From a virus (taxonomy: Duplodnaviria; Caudoviricetes): 27,495 nucleotides of DNA. The stretch covers positions 1 to 27,495 of IMG/VR virus record IMGVR_UViG_3300031716_000044. One strand, given 5' to 3'. Numbering within the stretch: position 1 is the first letter of the stretch; each line of letters begins with the position of its first letter. The notes beneath the pieces were generated by a model that saw nothing but the letters and a program-made list of their open reading frames with translations, was not told the DNA's origin and ran no database searches. Positions 18,973 through 26,866 of this stretch are shown in pieces. Both the position numbers and the translations under genes were made by a program.

Positions 18973-19349
18973 GGTGTTTGCGACCGACTCTCCTCCAGTC
19001 GTTGGATTTGATAACTATGTCGCAAAGCCTGCTCGGTCAGCATCTTGACGGCGGCATCTCGCTCAATGCCGAAGCGCTCCAGCGCGGCGACGCGCAATTC
19101 GAACGTCGCCGACTGCGTCGCCGACAGGTTGAGTGCAGTCTCGATCTTGCTCAGTCGATCCAATACAGCGTTCAGCGACCAGGCGATCAGTGGCACCGCT
19201 ATTGCCGTAACGACATACTGGAAGACCTTCAGAATGGCCGAATCTGCTAGTTGATCAAGTCGATGATCGCTCATACGCCTCCGATATCGATGCCCGCTCT
19301 GGGACTGCTTGCCGTGGGTTGATTGGGATTGTTCGCGAGAGCTTTCCAT
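18963..19349 (-). CDS. Single-pass membrane protein with C-terminal coiled coil (holin-like?)
   Basis: Hydrophobic segment VFQYVVTAIAVPLIAWSLNAVL followed by heptad-like helix; alternative ATG at 19274. Confidence 0.6.
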   Translation of the reverse strand: MESSREQSQSTHGKQSQSGHRYRRRMSDHRLDQLADSAILKVFQYVVTAIAVPLIAWSLNAVLDRLSKIETALNLSATQSATFELRVAALERFGIERDAAVKMLTEQALRHSYQIQRLEESRSQTPRK

Positions 19350-19380
19350 GACTGACCTCTAGTTGTTTATGCCGCCGTCG

Positions 19381-19974
19381 TTAAAGTAACGCCAACAACA
19401 ATGCTTCGTCTTCTTCATGCTCCCTGCGTCGTGACCTTGAACTGGCTGCTATAACGAATTGTTCGATGATGTCCTGCTCCGACTGTGCTGCCGCACTGAG
19501 CGAGTCGGATGCCTCCATGCACGTAGCTTCAGCAGCAATGTGCGCTGTCGCAATTGCGACCTGGGTGTCAGCGGCTTCGTCGATAGCTGCGTCTGCAATG
19601 ACCTGGACGACGCCTTCAGACGCTACGTCATCGGCGACCTCTGTGTAGTCCGCTACTGCCGAGACTGCAGCGTCTAGCTCTCCTGCAGCTACGTCCGAGC
19701 CTTCAACAAAATTTGCGACCGCAGCGACTGCGACCGCAAGTGCTGACCCCAGAGCATCAGCGCCTTCAACCTGAGTGCAGGCTGCTTGCACGCTGACTGC
19801 GACTGCTGCGGTAAGGGTATCTGTCCCCTCAACACTAGAGAGGTTGCTGACAACGCCTACTGCAACAGCAGATGCCAGTACATCTGCGCCCTCGACGACC
19901 TCCGCAGACGCCTGGCCTACATGCCACTCGCCGTTTAGCGGTGCCGAGTTGAGCGTACCGCCGTTGAACTTCAC
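19381..19974 (-). CDS. Acidic Ala/Val-rich protein with seven 21-aa repeats (197 aa)
   Basis: GTGA-coupled start; E-x-x-D every 21 residues; ends RSRRREHEEDEALLLALL. Confidence 0.75.
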   Translation of the reverse strand: MKFNGGTLNSAPLNGEWHVGQASAEVVEGADVLASAVAVGVVSNLSSVEGTDTLTAAVAVSVQAACTQVEGADALGSALAVAVAAVANFVEGSDVAAGELDAAVSAVADYTEVADDVASEGVVQVIADAAIDEAADTQVAIATAHIAAEATCMEASDSLSAAAQSEQDIIEQFVIAASSRSRRREHEEDEALLLALL

Positions 19975-20138
19975 GGACCTTCTGCTTCCGCTTTTGAATC
20001 AGCAGGACGTTCGCTGAGTTGAGCGATCTGGGCCTGTAGTTCGGCCAGTTCGCCACGCAGGACAACGACCTCGTTCAGCGCAGCATCGCGTTGCCGCTGC
20101 AAGGTGGCCAGCATTGCATTCACTTGAATTTCGGTCAT
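19971..20138 (-). CDS. 55-aa coiled-coil protein (not in the ORF track)
   Basis: Hand translation MTEIQVNAMLATLQRQRDAALNEVVVLRGELAELQAQIAQLSERPADSKAEAEGP*. It fills the gap exactly, with ATGA and GTGA overlaps at its two ends. Confidence 0.8.
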   Translation of the reverse strand: MTEIQVNAMLATLQRQRDAALNEVVVLRGELAELQAQIAQLSERPADSKAEAEGP

Positions 20139-20371
20139 GTTGCATTACCTTTAGCGGCAGCATTGCTCAGGGCGTTTTGTGTGACCTCATCTGGATCCCG
20201 AGTCTTGATGATGTCAATCTGCACGTTGATTGCATCGATCTCTGCGTTGATTTCTTGAATGCGCGACGACGCGTTCTGCAGAATTGCTTTCTCGTCTTGC
20301 AGTCGCCGCTTCAACATTCTCAATTGCTGAAGCTGGTCTTTCGCGACTCGTTGATCTGGTGTAGTTGCCAT
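20135..20371 (-). CDS. 78-aa coiled-coil protein
   Basis: Starts 3 nt after the fibre gene stop; heptad pattern LQQLRMLKRRL...IQEINAEIDAINVQI. Confidence 0.7.
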   Translation of the reverse strand: MATTPDQRVAKDQLQQLRMLKRRLQDEKAILQNASSRIQEINAEIDAINVQIDIIKTRDPDEVTQNALSNAAAKGNAT

Positions 20372-20374
20372 AGT

Positions 20375-21781
20375 CTATGCAGGCTCAAAAATTACGTAAG
20401 CGACATCGCGCGTATCTGCGCCACTTGTCGATGTGATAGTAAAACTGCTGCCGGGAATGCGCGAAGAAGATAACTCACCCGGTGTACCAGATATGTTTTG
20501 CGCAGTTAGTAGTATCCTAGAATTTGAAGTTATGACGCTGTTATTCACCGTGACTGTACCACCAACAAGGGTCGCTAAACCCTGCTTACAATTACTACCT
20601 TCCACTATTGATATGCCTTTCCCGGCGCTCAATAGCCTAAGCTGACCGCCAGCGTCAAGCCTCAGATTCTCCGAATTATTTGTTCCAAACGACAAGTAAT
20701 CATTAGTCGTCGTCAAAATTGCGCAGGCGTTAGCCTGCGGTCCGCTTGTAGAACTCCCGCCCACGCCAATCGACAGCGTCTTACCGTTATTGTTTTGAAA
20801 TTGGAGTACGTTATAGCCGCTTGCACCGTTTCCATTGATCATAATCCCGGTGCCACCTGCCACGGTCAGCCTTGCCGCGGTAGTAGTAGTAGTGCCGATG
20901 GCTACATTTCCAGAGATACCATCTATGCGCTGCCGCTCAACCCCGCCAGTACCAAAGATGACTGGCTGCGCAGCCGAAGTTCCATAGCCGACAGCCGCGT
21001 TGCTGTTAGAGAAACACAGCCCGATGGCGCCGGTTGCGAAGCCAAAAACAGTTGCAGAGGACTGTCCAAGAAACATGTCGGTAGTGCTCGTCACTGCATG
21101 TATGTAATTCTCTCCCGTTCGCGATGCATTACCTACGGTAAGCCCGACTCTACTTGGGGTCCCAGCAATACCGACGTGCCCGGAACTGTCGATCGTCACA
21201 CTCACTGTGCCACCGGCCCCCAGGCCCAGTCGATTTGTCGTGTGGTCGTAGCCGACAATGCCGCCAGATAGGTCACCTGTAGCGCTACCCAAATAAATGT
21301 CGCTACTACCCACGCCACCAGATGATCCTGTAGACCTGACCAGCAGTGAGTTGAATTGCGCGCCGGCCACTACTAGCATCGAACCTGTGCTGCTGGAATT
21401 GCTCGCGCCTATGCCGACAGCCTGATTGAACTGGTGAGCGCCTGTCCACGTCGGGGCAATGCTCGGATCGATATTGGCCAGCGACCACTTCGCCCCGGCT
21501 GTCAGTCGAAGTTCAGCCTTGCTGCCGGCGGCCCAGGACGCAGATGACGTACCCTCCTGAGCACGCACCACTGTCAAGCTGTCGCTACTGCGCGCCGTCA
21601 CCTTCACGATTTCCCAGGACGACTCCACGCCAGGCTGCGTCAAGGTGAGCATGAAGAAGTCGCCACCGCTTGGACTTGGGAATAGCGAGCCCGTCCCCGT
21701 GGCCAGGGGTATCGTCGTGGTTGACGTGTTCACCGACGACGCGAGGGTGCTCTGCGCGTTGTTGGCAAAAAGCTGCGCCAT
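20375..21781 (-). CDS. Fibre-like protein (468 aa)
   Basis: N-terminal domain EIVKVTARS.D.LTVVRAQEGT...W.AG...ELRLTAG; shaft-like repeats (VGIG, FGT...ER.RID..GNVAIGT, FGTNNSENLRLD..G); compact beta-rich C-terminal domain. Confidence 0.75.
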   Translation of the reverse strand: MAQLFANNAQSTLASSVNTSTTTIPLATGTGSLFPSPSGGDFFMLTLTQPGVESSWEIVKVTARSSDSLTVVRAQEGTSSASWAAGSKAELRLTAGAKWSLANIDPSIAPTWTGAHQFNQAVGIGASNSSSTGSMLVVAGAQFNSLLVRSTGSSGGVGSSDIYLGSATGDLSGGIVGYDHTTNRLGLGAGGTVSVTIDSSGHVGIAGTPSRVGLTVGNASRTGENYIHAVTSTTDMFLGQSSATVFGFATGAIGLCFSNSNAAVGYGTSAAQPVIFGTGGVERQRIDGISGNVAIGTTTTTAARLTVAGGTGIMINGNGASGYNVLQFQNNNGKTLSIGVGGSSTSGPQANACAILTTTNDYLSFGTNNSENLRLDAGGQLRLLSAGKGISIVEGSNCKQGLATLVGGTVTVNNSVITSNSRILLTAQNISGTPGELSSSRIPGSSFTITSTSGADTRDVAYVIFEPA

Positions 21782-21783
21782 GC

Positions 21784-22200
21784 TCAGTTGGCCGAGGTGA
21801 TCGAGAAGGTGTTGACCGTTACGGCCTGGGCGTTGGCAATCGAGTTGTTGTCCAGCGTCATGTCGCCGCCGCCCCCGACTGCGCTCACGCTACCTTGCAT
21901 GTGACAGGTCGTACCGACCGAGTCGTAGATGCGGAAGAACGTCGCGGCAGTACCTGATCCCGCACCGCTTTGGCCTGTCAGCGACCAGGTGCCAGTCTTG
22001 GCTTTGACGCCCGAAGACGCGGCCGACATCCAGTCGCTTGGCAGCGAGCCCTGGGCCAACAGGGTGTTGCTTCCCAGTGCTGCGTCTGCATTGGCCGGTA
22101 GCGTGCCGCTATACAGGCGCAGTTGGGGCGCGGTTGAAATCGTCGTCTCGATTGCATCGAGACGGGCATTCTTCACAGTGACTGAATAACTGACGCTCAC
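21784..22200 (-). CDS. Small beta-rich virion protein (138 aa), probable homolog of 2920..3315
   Basis: GTGA-coupled to the portal stop; KNARLDAI...LRLYSGTLP...TLLA...GTAATFFRI...QGSV...GGGGDMTLDN. Confidence 0.78.
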   Translation of the reverse strand: MSVSYSVTVKNARLDAIETTISTAPQLRLYSGTLPANADAALGSNTLLAQGSLPSDWMSAASSGVKAKTGTWSLTGQSGAGSGTAATFFRIYDSVGTTCHMQGSVSAVGGGGDMTLDNNSIANAQAVTVNTFSITSAN

Positions 22201-24179
22201 TTGTCGTCCTCGATAGTTGTTTCGACCTGCGTTGCGTTTGTGATGTTGCCCTGCCGATCACGAAGGATCGTCGTCTCGGTCTTGCGGTCCGGCAGGCTGA
22301 CCGTCACCTCGGCCGGCGGCACGTTGTTCGTGACGTTCACGCTGGGCGCCTCGACGACCACCTGAGCAGCAGGAACGTTGATCTCGTTGCGTACCTCGGG
22401 GGTCGGTACCGTGATCTCATTGTGTACCTGCGCAGCAGGAACGTTGATTTCGTTGCGTACCTCTGGTGTCGGCACCGTGATCTCGTTGCGTATCTCAGTC
22501 GCAGGCAACGAGTTGTGGACCACGACCTGCGGCATTTTCTGGCTTGCCTGGCCGTGCACGAACATCGTCATCTGGTTCTCGACCCTGGACAAGCCGGAAG
22601 ACAGTTGCTCGCGCATCTCGGCCAGTGCGCGTGGATATTCGCCTGGCGCGATGCCATCGCCATCAGACCTTGTTTCCGTCTTGGGCGGCTGTTCGCCGAA
22701 CGTGATGCCCAATTCTTCCTCGCGCGCCTTGTCCGCCGCGATCTCTGCGTCCACCACTTCGGGGTCGTCTCCGCGTTCACTGATGACGCTGGAGCGGCTG
22801 CGGAAACCCGCTTCGACCTCCGTCTGCTTGGCCTGCACGTCCTGCACCGGGTGGATGTAGGCCCAGCCTTGCGGCGCCCACTCGACGGCCTTCAGCGCCG
22901 CCAGGTCGGCCAGGTCAGCTTGGCCTGAGACGACAGCCTGCTCGCTCCATGCGTCGCGGATGCGACGACACCACATCGGGATGATGACCTGCCACTGGCG
23001 CTGTTCCGCGAAACGCCGGAACTCGTTCATCACCACCCGCAAGGTGCGATCGCTGACCTCCTTGATGTCCCCGGATAGGATCTCGTACGGTAGACCTTGG
23101 CCAGCCGCGGTGCCCAGGTGCTGCGTACGCATGTAGTCGCTGTAGGTCGTGCCGGCCTCGGGAGGATTGGCAAACGCGATGTCGTCCCCGGGCTCCAGGA
23201 TCTGCGTCATGCCGGGCTCCAGGCCGGTCATGGGCGTGCCGCCGAGGTCCGTCTGGATGGGTAGCCCGGTCACTGGATCCACGTCGTCCGCCATGCCGGT
23301 GCCGGACGGCCGCTTGATGAACGCAGTGAACAGATTGGCCAGTTTCTGGCGCTCCAGCACCGCGTCATCGAAATCAGCGATGTTGCGCAGCCTGGCCAGG
23401 ATCGGGGCGAAGTCGGGCACACCACGAAGCTGGCCGGCACGCTTCGGCTCGAACAGGTGCAAGACCTCGTCGGCCAGTACCCTGACCAGTTGATCCGTGC
23501 CCGCGGTGCCGTTCTGCAAGTCGCTTGGGTGCTCTCGATAGAACCAGTAGGCCACGCGCTGCCCAATGCGGTTCAACTCGATACCGCTGCGCATGCGATG
23601 CCCCTGGGGCATACCAGGCCAACTGTCTGCGTCCTGCATGGGCAGCATCTGTGCCTCCAGCACCTGGACCTGCATCTGGACCTCCAGGCCGAAGTCCGGT
23701 CTACGGTAGCGCAGGCGACCGAACGCCTCTCCGTCGATGAACATCAATCGCGTTGCGAGAGTCTGCTGACCGTAGAGGTCCAGCACGCCGTCCGCGTCGC
23801 ACTGGTAACACCACGTCTCCCACAAGGCGCTGTAGCGCTCCTTCTTGGCCTTGTCCGTGATGAGTTTCAGCCTGGCGCGGATGCCAGTGCCGATCAGGTT
23901 CGTCGTCCAGTGCTGGACGCCTGACGTGCCGGCCCAGTCGTTGCGCGCAACGTCGTGCGAGCGATCCCTGATCTTCTGGATGCCGGTCAGCGCCGTGTTG
24001 GGCCCCGACGTGATCGGGTTCCAGCCCTTCATCCGGCGGCCCATGCCAGCGGCGTCGTAGCGGTTGGTCGCGCGCAGCGGCGCGCTCGGCTGAGGCTTCG
24101 CAGCCGCTTTTGCCGAGCGCCCGCGGGCCTGGGTTGGTTGCGCGTCGTCAGCCGCAGGTTTTGCGGGACGGCGGCTCAC
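22197..24179 (-). CDS. Portal protein, lambda gpB family, with about 165-aa C-terminal extension
   Basis: YDAA..GRR...W, IGTGI, CDADG.LD.YG.Q, DGEAF, SGIE, R.GQLRGVP, W.YIHPVQDV, G.DP..VD.EIA.D..R...LG motifs. Confidence 0.93.
   Translation of the reverse strand: MSRRPAKPAADDAQPTQARGRSAKAAAKPQPSAPLRATNRYDAAGMGRRMKGWNPITSGPNTALTGIQKIRDRSHDVARNDWAGTSGVQHWTTNLIGTGIRARLKLITDKAKKERYSALWETWCYQCDADGVLDLYGQQTLATRLMFIDGEAFGRLRYRRPDFGLEVQMQVQVLEAQMLPMQDADSWPGMPQGHRMRSGIELNRIGQRVAYWFYREHPSDLQNGTAGTDQLVRVLADEVLHLFEPKRAGQLRGVPDFAPILARLRNIADFDDAVLERQKLANLFTAFIKRPSGTGMADDVDPVTGLPIQTDLGGTPMTGLEPGMTQILEPGDDIAFANPPEAGTTYSDYMRTQHLGTAAGQGLPYEILSGDIKEVSDRTLRVVMNEFRRFAEQRQWQVIIPMWCRRIRDAWSEQAVVSGQADLADLAALKAVEWAPQGWAYIHPVQDVQAKQTEVEAGFRSRSSVISERGDDPEVVDAEIAADKAREEELGITFGEQPPKTETRSDGDGIAPGEYPRALAEMREQLSSGLSRVENQMTMFVHGQASQKMPQVVVHNSLPATEIRNEITVPTPEVRNEINVPAAQVHNEITVPTPEVRNEINVPAAQVVVEAPSVNVTNNVPPAEVTVSLPDRKTETTILRDRQGNITNATQVETTIEDDK
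22360..22491. repeat. Tandem 66-bp duplication in the portal tail (four 11-aa units)
   Basis: 22360-22425 vs 22426-22491, 7 mismatches by hand count; encodes (R/H)NEITVPTPEVRNEINVPAAQV twice. Confidence 0.92.
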
Positions 24180-24391
24180 CGGTCATACCCCCGGCCCGCG
24201 TAGTACAGCTTGGCCTGTTTCGGCCGAGCCACTGCGTTCTGCGTGTTCAACTCGCGCTGCAGCGTGTCGCGCGCCAGGATCAGGTCTGCGATCGACCGAT
24301 AGGTGACCGTGCGCCCGCCCATCGTGACCTGCCGCTCGCCGGATGCGATGGCGCTGGTCAACGCATTGATGTCCGCTTCGGTGACTGCCAT
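24176..24391 (-). CDS. Head-tail joining protein, gpW-like (71 aa)
   Basis: L..AIASGERQV...GRTVTYRSIADL..A; directly upstream of and GTGA-coupled to the portal gene. Confidence 0.88.
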   Translation of the reverse strand: MAVTEADINALTSAIASGERQVTMGGRTVTYRSIADLILARDTLQRELNTQNAVARPKQAKLYYAGRGYDR

Positions 24392-24425
24392 GGGTTAGCC
24401 TGGAGTTCGGGTTCAGTAGAGCCCA

Positions 24426-24470
24426 ATTATCCGGCCTAAATGCGCAATCGGAACTGCGGACAATTTGCGC
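24426..24470 (-). promoter_or_regulatory. Putative activator-dependent late promoter, copy upstream of gpW/portal
   Basis: Minus strand GCGCAA-ATTGT-CCGCAGTT, 20 nt, then GATAAT. Confidence 0.72.
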
Positions 24471-24510
24471 TTTGCTAAATCCTCCCCAATTACGGCATAT
24501 CATTTAGCGC

Positions 24511-24717
24511 ATGGACACCAAACCACCCCGCAAGAAGCCGGGCCGCAAGCCCGACAACCCCGGCGAGCCCTACCTGCGGCTGATCTTCACCGTGGACGAG
24601 ATGACGCTGCGGAAACTGAAGGTGCTCGGGGACGGCAACCGGTCAAAGGGGCTGCGCAAGGCTGCGCAGGTCGCCTTTGACCGCCACCAGGTCACGCCAG
24701 ATACCGAGAACGGATAA
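24511..24717 (+). CDS. Small basic protein, possible ribbon-helix-helix DNA-binding regulator (68 aa)
   Basis: Occupies the gap between terL and gpW with high GC3. Basic arm RKKPGRKP, strand RLIFTVD, helices EMTLRKLKVLG and NRSKGLRKAA. Confidence 0.68.
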   Translation: MDTKPPRKKPGRKPDNPGEPYLRLIFTVDEMTLRKLKVLGDGNRSKGLRKAAQVAFDRHQVTPDTENG

Positions 24718-26866
24718 CGCGTTCTCGCGCTGCGCGGCGCGCCGGCCGCGCTTCAGCTTGGGCAGCAGGCGAAGACGCCGTGACTGGAACCTCGACGATC
24801 TGCTCGTTGTCTTGCATCTCGCGCCGCTCATCCCGGCTGATCCGTTCGCAGTTCTCGTGAACCATGCGCGCCCACTCAGGGACGATTTCATCCCACTTGA
24901 CGCGGTCTGCTCCCAGGCGCAAGCATCCGGCCTCGCAGTAAACCAACAAGTCGAACGCCTCGTTTCGTTTCCGGATCTGCTTCCAGGTTCCGTTGGGCAT
25001 GCGTACTTCGCTGTTCAACTCGTCGATGAACGCCTGCGACACCCAGCCGGGGATGTGAAAGTACCCTGGACCAGGGGTGGGCCGGCGGATACCTGCCGTG
25101 ATCGTGTCCTTCAGGGTGTTCGTGTTGATCAGGTAAAGCGGAATATCGCCTTTCTCGTTCGGATTGCGTCCGCCGACCCAGGTCTCCTTGATGAACGGGA
25201 ACGTCGCCTTCTGGTCTCGACCCACCCCCTTCACCAGCATGATGCGCGACGAGAAGCCCATAGTGCGAACGCGTCGAAACCAGGCGTATGCCATGGCCGT
25301 GACGCCCTCTTCGCCCCCGGAGTCAACGACCGTTAGTTTCACACGCATCTCAACGCCGTCAACGTTCGTTCTGTACGTGGATCTGGTGACACGTTCAGTG
25401 ATCAGATCCCAATCCTCTGCGTACTTTGCCGGATCTATCGGTGCCTTCTCTGCGCCCATGCCCTCACGATTCGACTCAGTGATGGCGTAGCGATCGATCA
25501 ACCACTTCTCGCGATGCGGTCCGACAGCGTGCACCTGCACCACGAAGCGTGAGTTCATGCCGCCCTGCACGTCCACGGTTGCGACCAGGAAGCGCGCCTG
25601 ATCAGGCATCACGTAGCGCTGCATGCTCGCCTCTTTACGACTGGCCGGGTCGGTCGCATTGCGCTTCGCGTCCAGGAGCAGGCGGCTCATGTAGGGCATA
25701 CCCTGGTCCGTGTTGGTCGTGGTCTTCAGCGTCTCTTCGGACCCAGTAAGTGCATAGGCGCGCAGACCCTGCAGATGGCGCAGCAGGATAGATCGCCACG
25801 ACTGGTACGTCGCCGGGATTCCGCCCATCCAGTAGCCGGCGATCGTGCTCTCGTGCGCCTTCCCGCGTACCTCCCCAGACGTGGTCAGGCTCAGTCCGTC
25901 CTGCAGCCAACGGCCGTGACGATTCAGTTCGTACTTCGACCGAGGCCCAATCTTCCCTTGGCAATGTGGGCAAATGACCCGGTTGTATTCGGTCGCAAGA
26001 TCTTCCAGGTCGGCGTGTCGAACGGTGTCCAGCAACACCTCGTCTGACGGCAAGCCAAACAACTCGATGCCTGGCTTCGGTTCGAACCAGTGCTGGCACA
26101 TGGGGCACTGCCAGTAGAAGCGACGACGGTCGCTCAGGTTGTAGATACCCAAGATCCCTGTCGTCGGAGGTGCTTCGTGAGCCGATGCAGCCACCCAGTT
26201 TGGATCAACAAGTTCGATACCCGGGCTAGACTCGACCAAGCACATGCCTCGTGTTCCGAACGTCTGGGTGCGCTTGCGCGCAAGGTCGAACAGCGGTCCT
26301 TCGCCATCTACGTTATCCGCGTTACTCATGCGATCTAGATCGGTTATCGCCACGTAGCGATAGGTACTGCTGGCCACGTTGCTCTTTGTCGGCCAGCCGA
26401 TGCGCAGCCACATGCCGTTGCGGAACATTTTGTCGTGTACGGTGTCGTCTTGCTTACCCCTCAAGCTAGAGCGCAGGCTAGCCGAATTCTCGATCGCTCG
26501 ATCAACTTCGGTCTTTGAGAACTCGCGAGCCTTGTCCTGCGTCATCTGAATCATCAGCATGTCACCTGGATCGTTCACTGCCGTGTGCGCCAGCCAGCCG
26601 AGTAGAAGGGCTGCAGTCTTACCCGTACGCGCAGGACCGACAAACACCACCGCCTCGTGTTTTCGGCTAGCCAGCATGTTCATGGGTTCGACCATATACA
26701 TGGTCTCGTTGGAATCCCATGGGCCGGGTACGTCCCCAGGCTTCTTGAAGTAGAGGTTTTCCTGTGCCCCTTCGCAAACCGTCACGCGCCGCGGAGGGAT
26801 GAACGCAGAATAGGATTGGCAGATGTCGGCCAGGGCGCGACGGTCGTGATCAACTGAATAGGTCAT
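24692..26866 (-). CDS. terL: Terminase large subunit, lambda gpA family (about 724 aa)
   Basis: Walker A GPARTGKT, ESSPG, CPMC/CPHC, VDVQ, VDSGG, RNEAFDL..Y motifs. Start set at ATG 26866 (MTYSVDH), overlapping the end of terS. Confidence 0.93.
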   Translation of the reverse strand: MTYSVDHDRRALADICQSYSAFIPPRRVTVCEGAQENLYFKKPGDVPGPWDSNETMYMVEPMNMLASRKHEAVVFVGPARTGKTAALLLGWLAHTAVNDPGDMLMIQMTQDKAREFSKTEVDRAIENSASLRSSLRGKQDDTVHDKMFRNGMWLRIGWPTKSNVASSTYRYVAITDLDRMSNADNVDGEGPLFDLARKRTQTFGTRGMCLVESSPGIELVDPNWVAASAHEAPPTTGILGIYNLSDRRRFYWQCPMCQHWFEPKPGIELFGLPSDEVLLDTVRHADLEDLATEYNRVICPHCQGKIGPRSKYELNRHGRWLQDGLSLTTSGEVRGKAHESTIAGYWMGGIPATYQSWRSILLRHLQGLRAYALTGSEETLKTTTNTDQGMPYMSRLLLDAKRNATDPASRKEASMQRYVMPDQARFLVATVDVQGGMNSRFVVQVHAVGPHREKWLIDRYAITESNREGMGAEKAPIDPAKYAEDWDLITERVTRSTYRTNVDGVEMRVKLTVVDSGGEEGVTAMAYAWFRRVRTMGFSSRIMLVKGVGRDQKATFPFIKETWVGGRNPNEKGDIPLYLINTNTLKDTITAGIRRPTPGPGYFHIPGWVSQAFIDELNSEVRMPNGTWKQIRKRNEAFDLLVYCEAGCLRLGADRVKWDEIVPEWARMVHENCERISRDERREMQDNEQIVEVPVTASSPAAQAEARPARRAARERVIRSRYLA

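Noticed and set aside
24677-25336. 219-aa plus-strand ORF following the small regulator gene
   Set aside because: Antisense to the conserved terL nuclease region, with no protein-like motifs.
26330-26365. terL Walker B reads VAITDLDR, lacking the usual DE
   Set aside because: I recall TD(Y/L)DR as normal in a subgroup of gpA-type terminases, so this is not evidence of inactivation.
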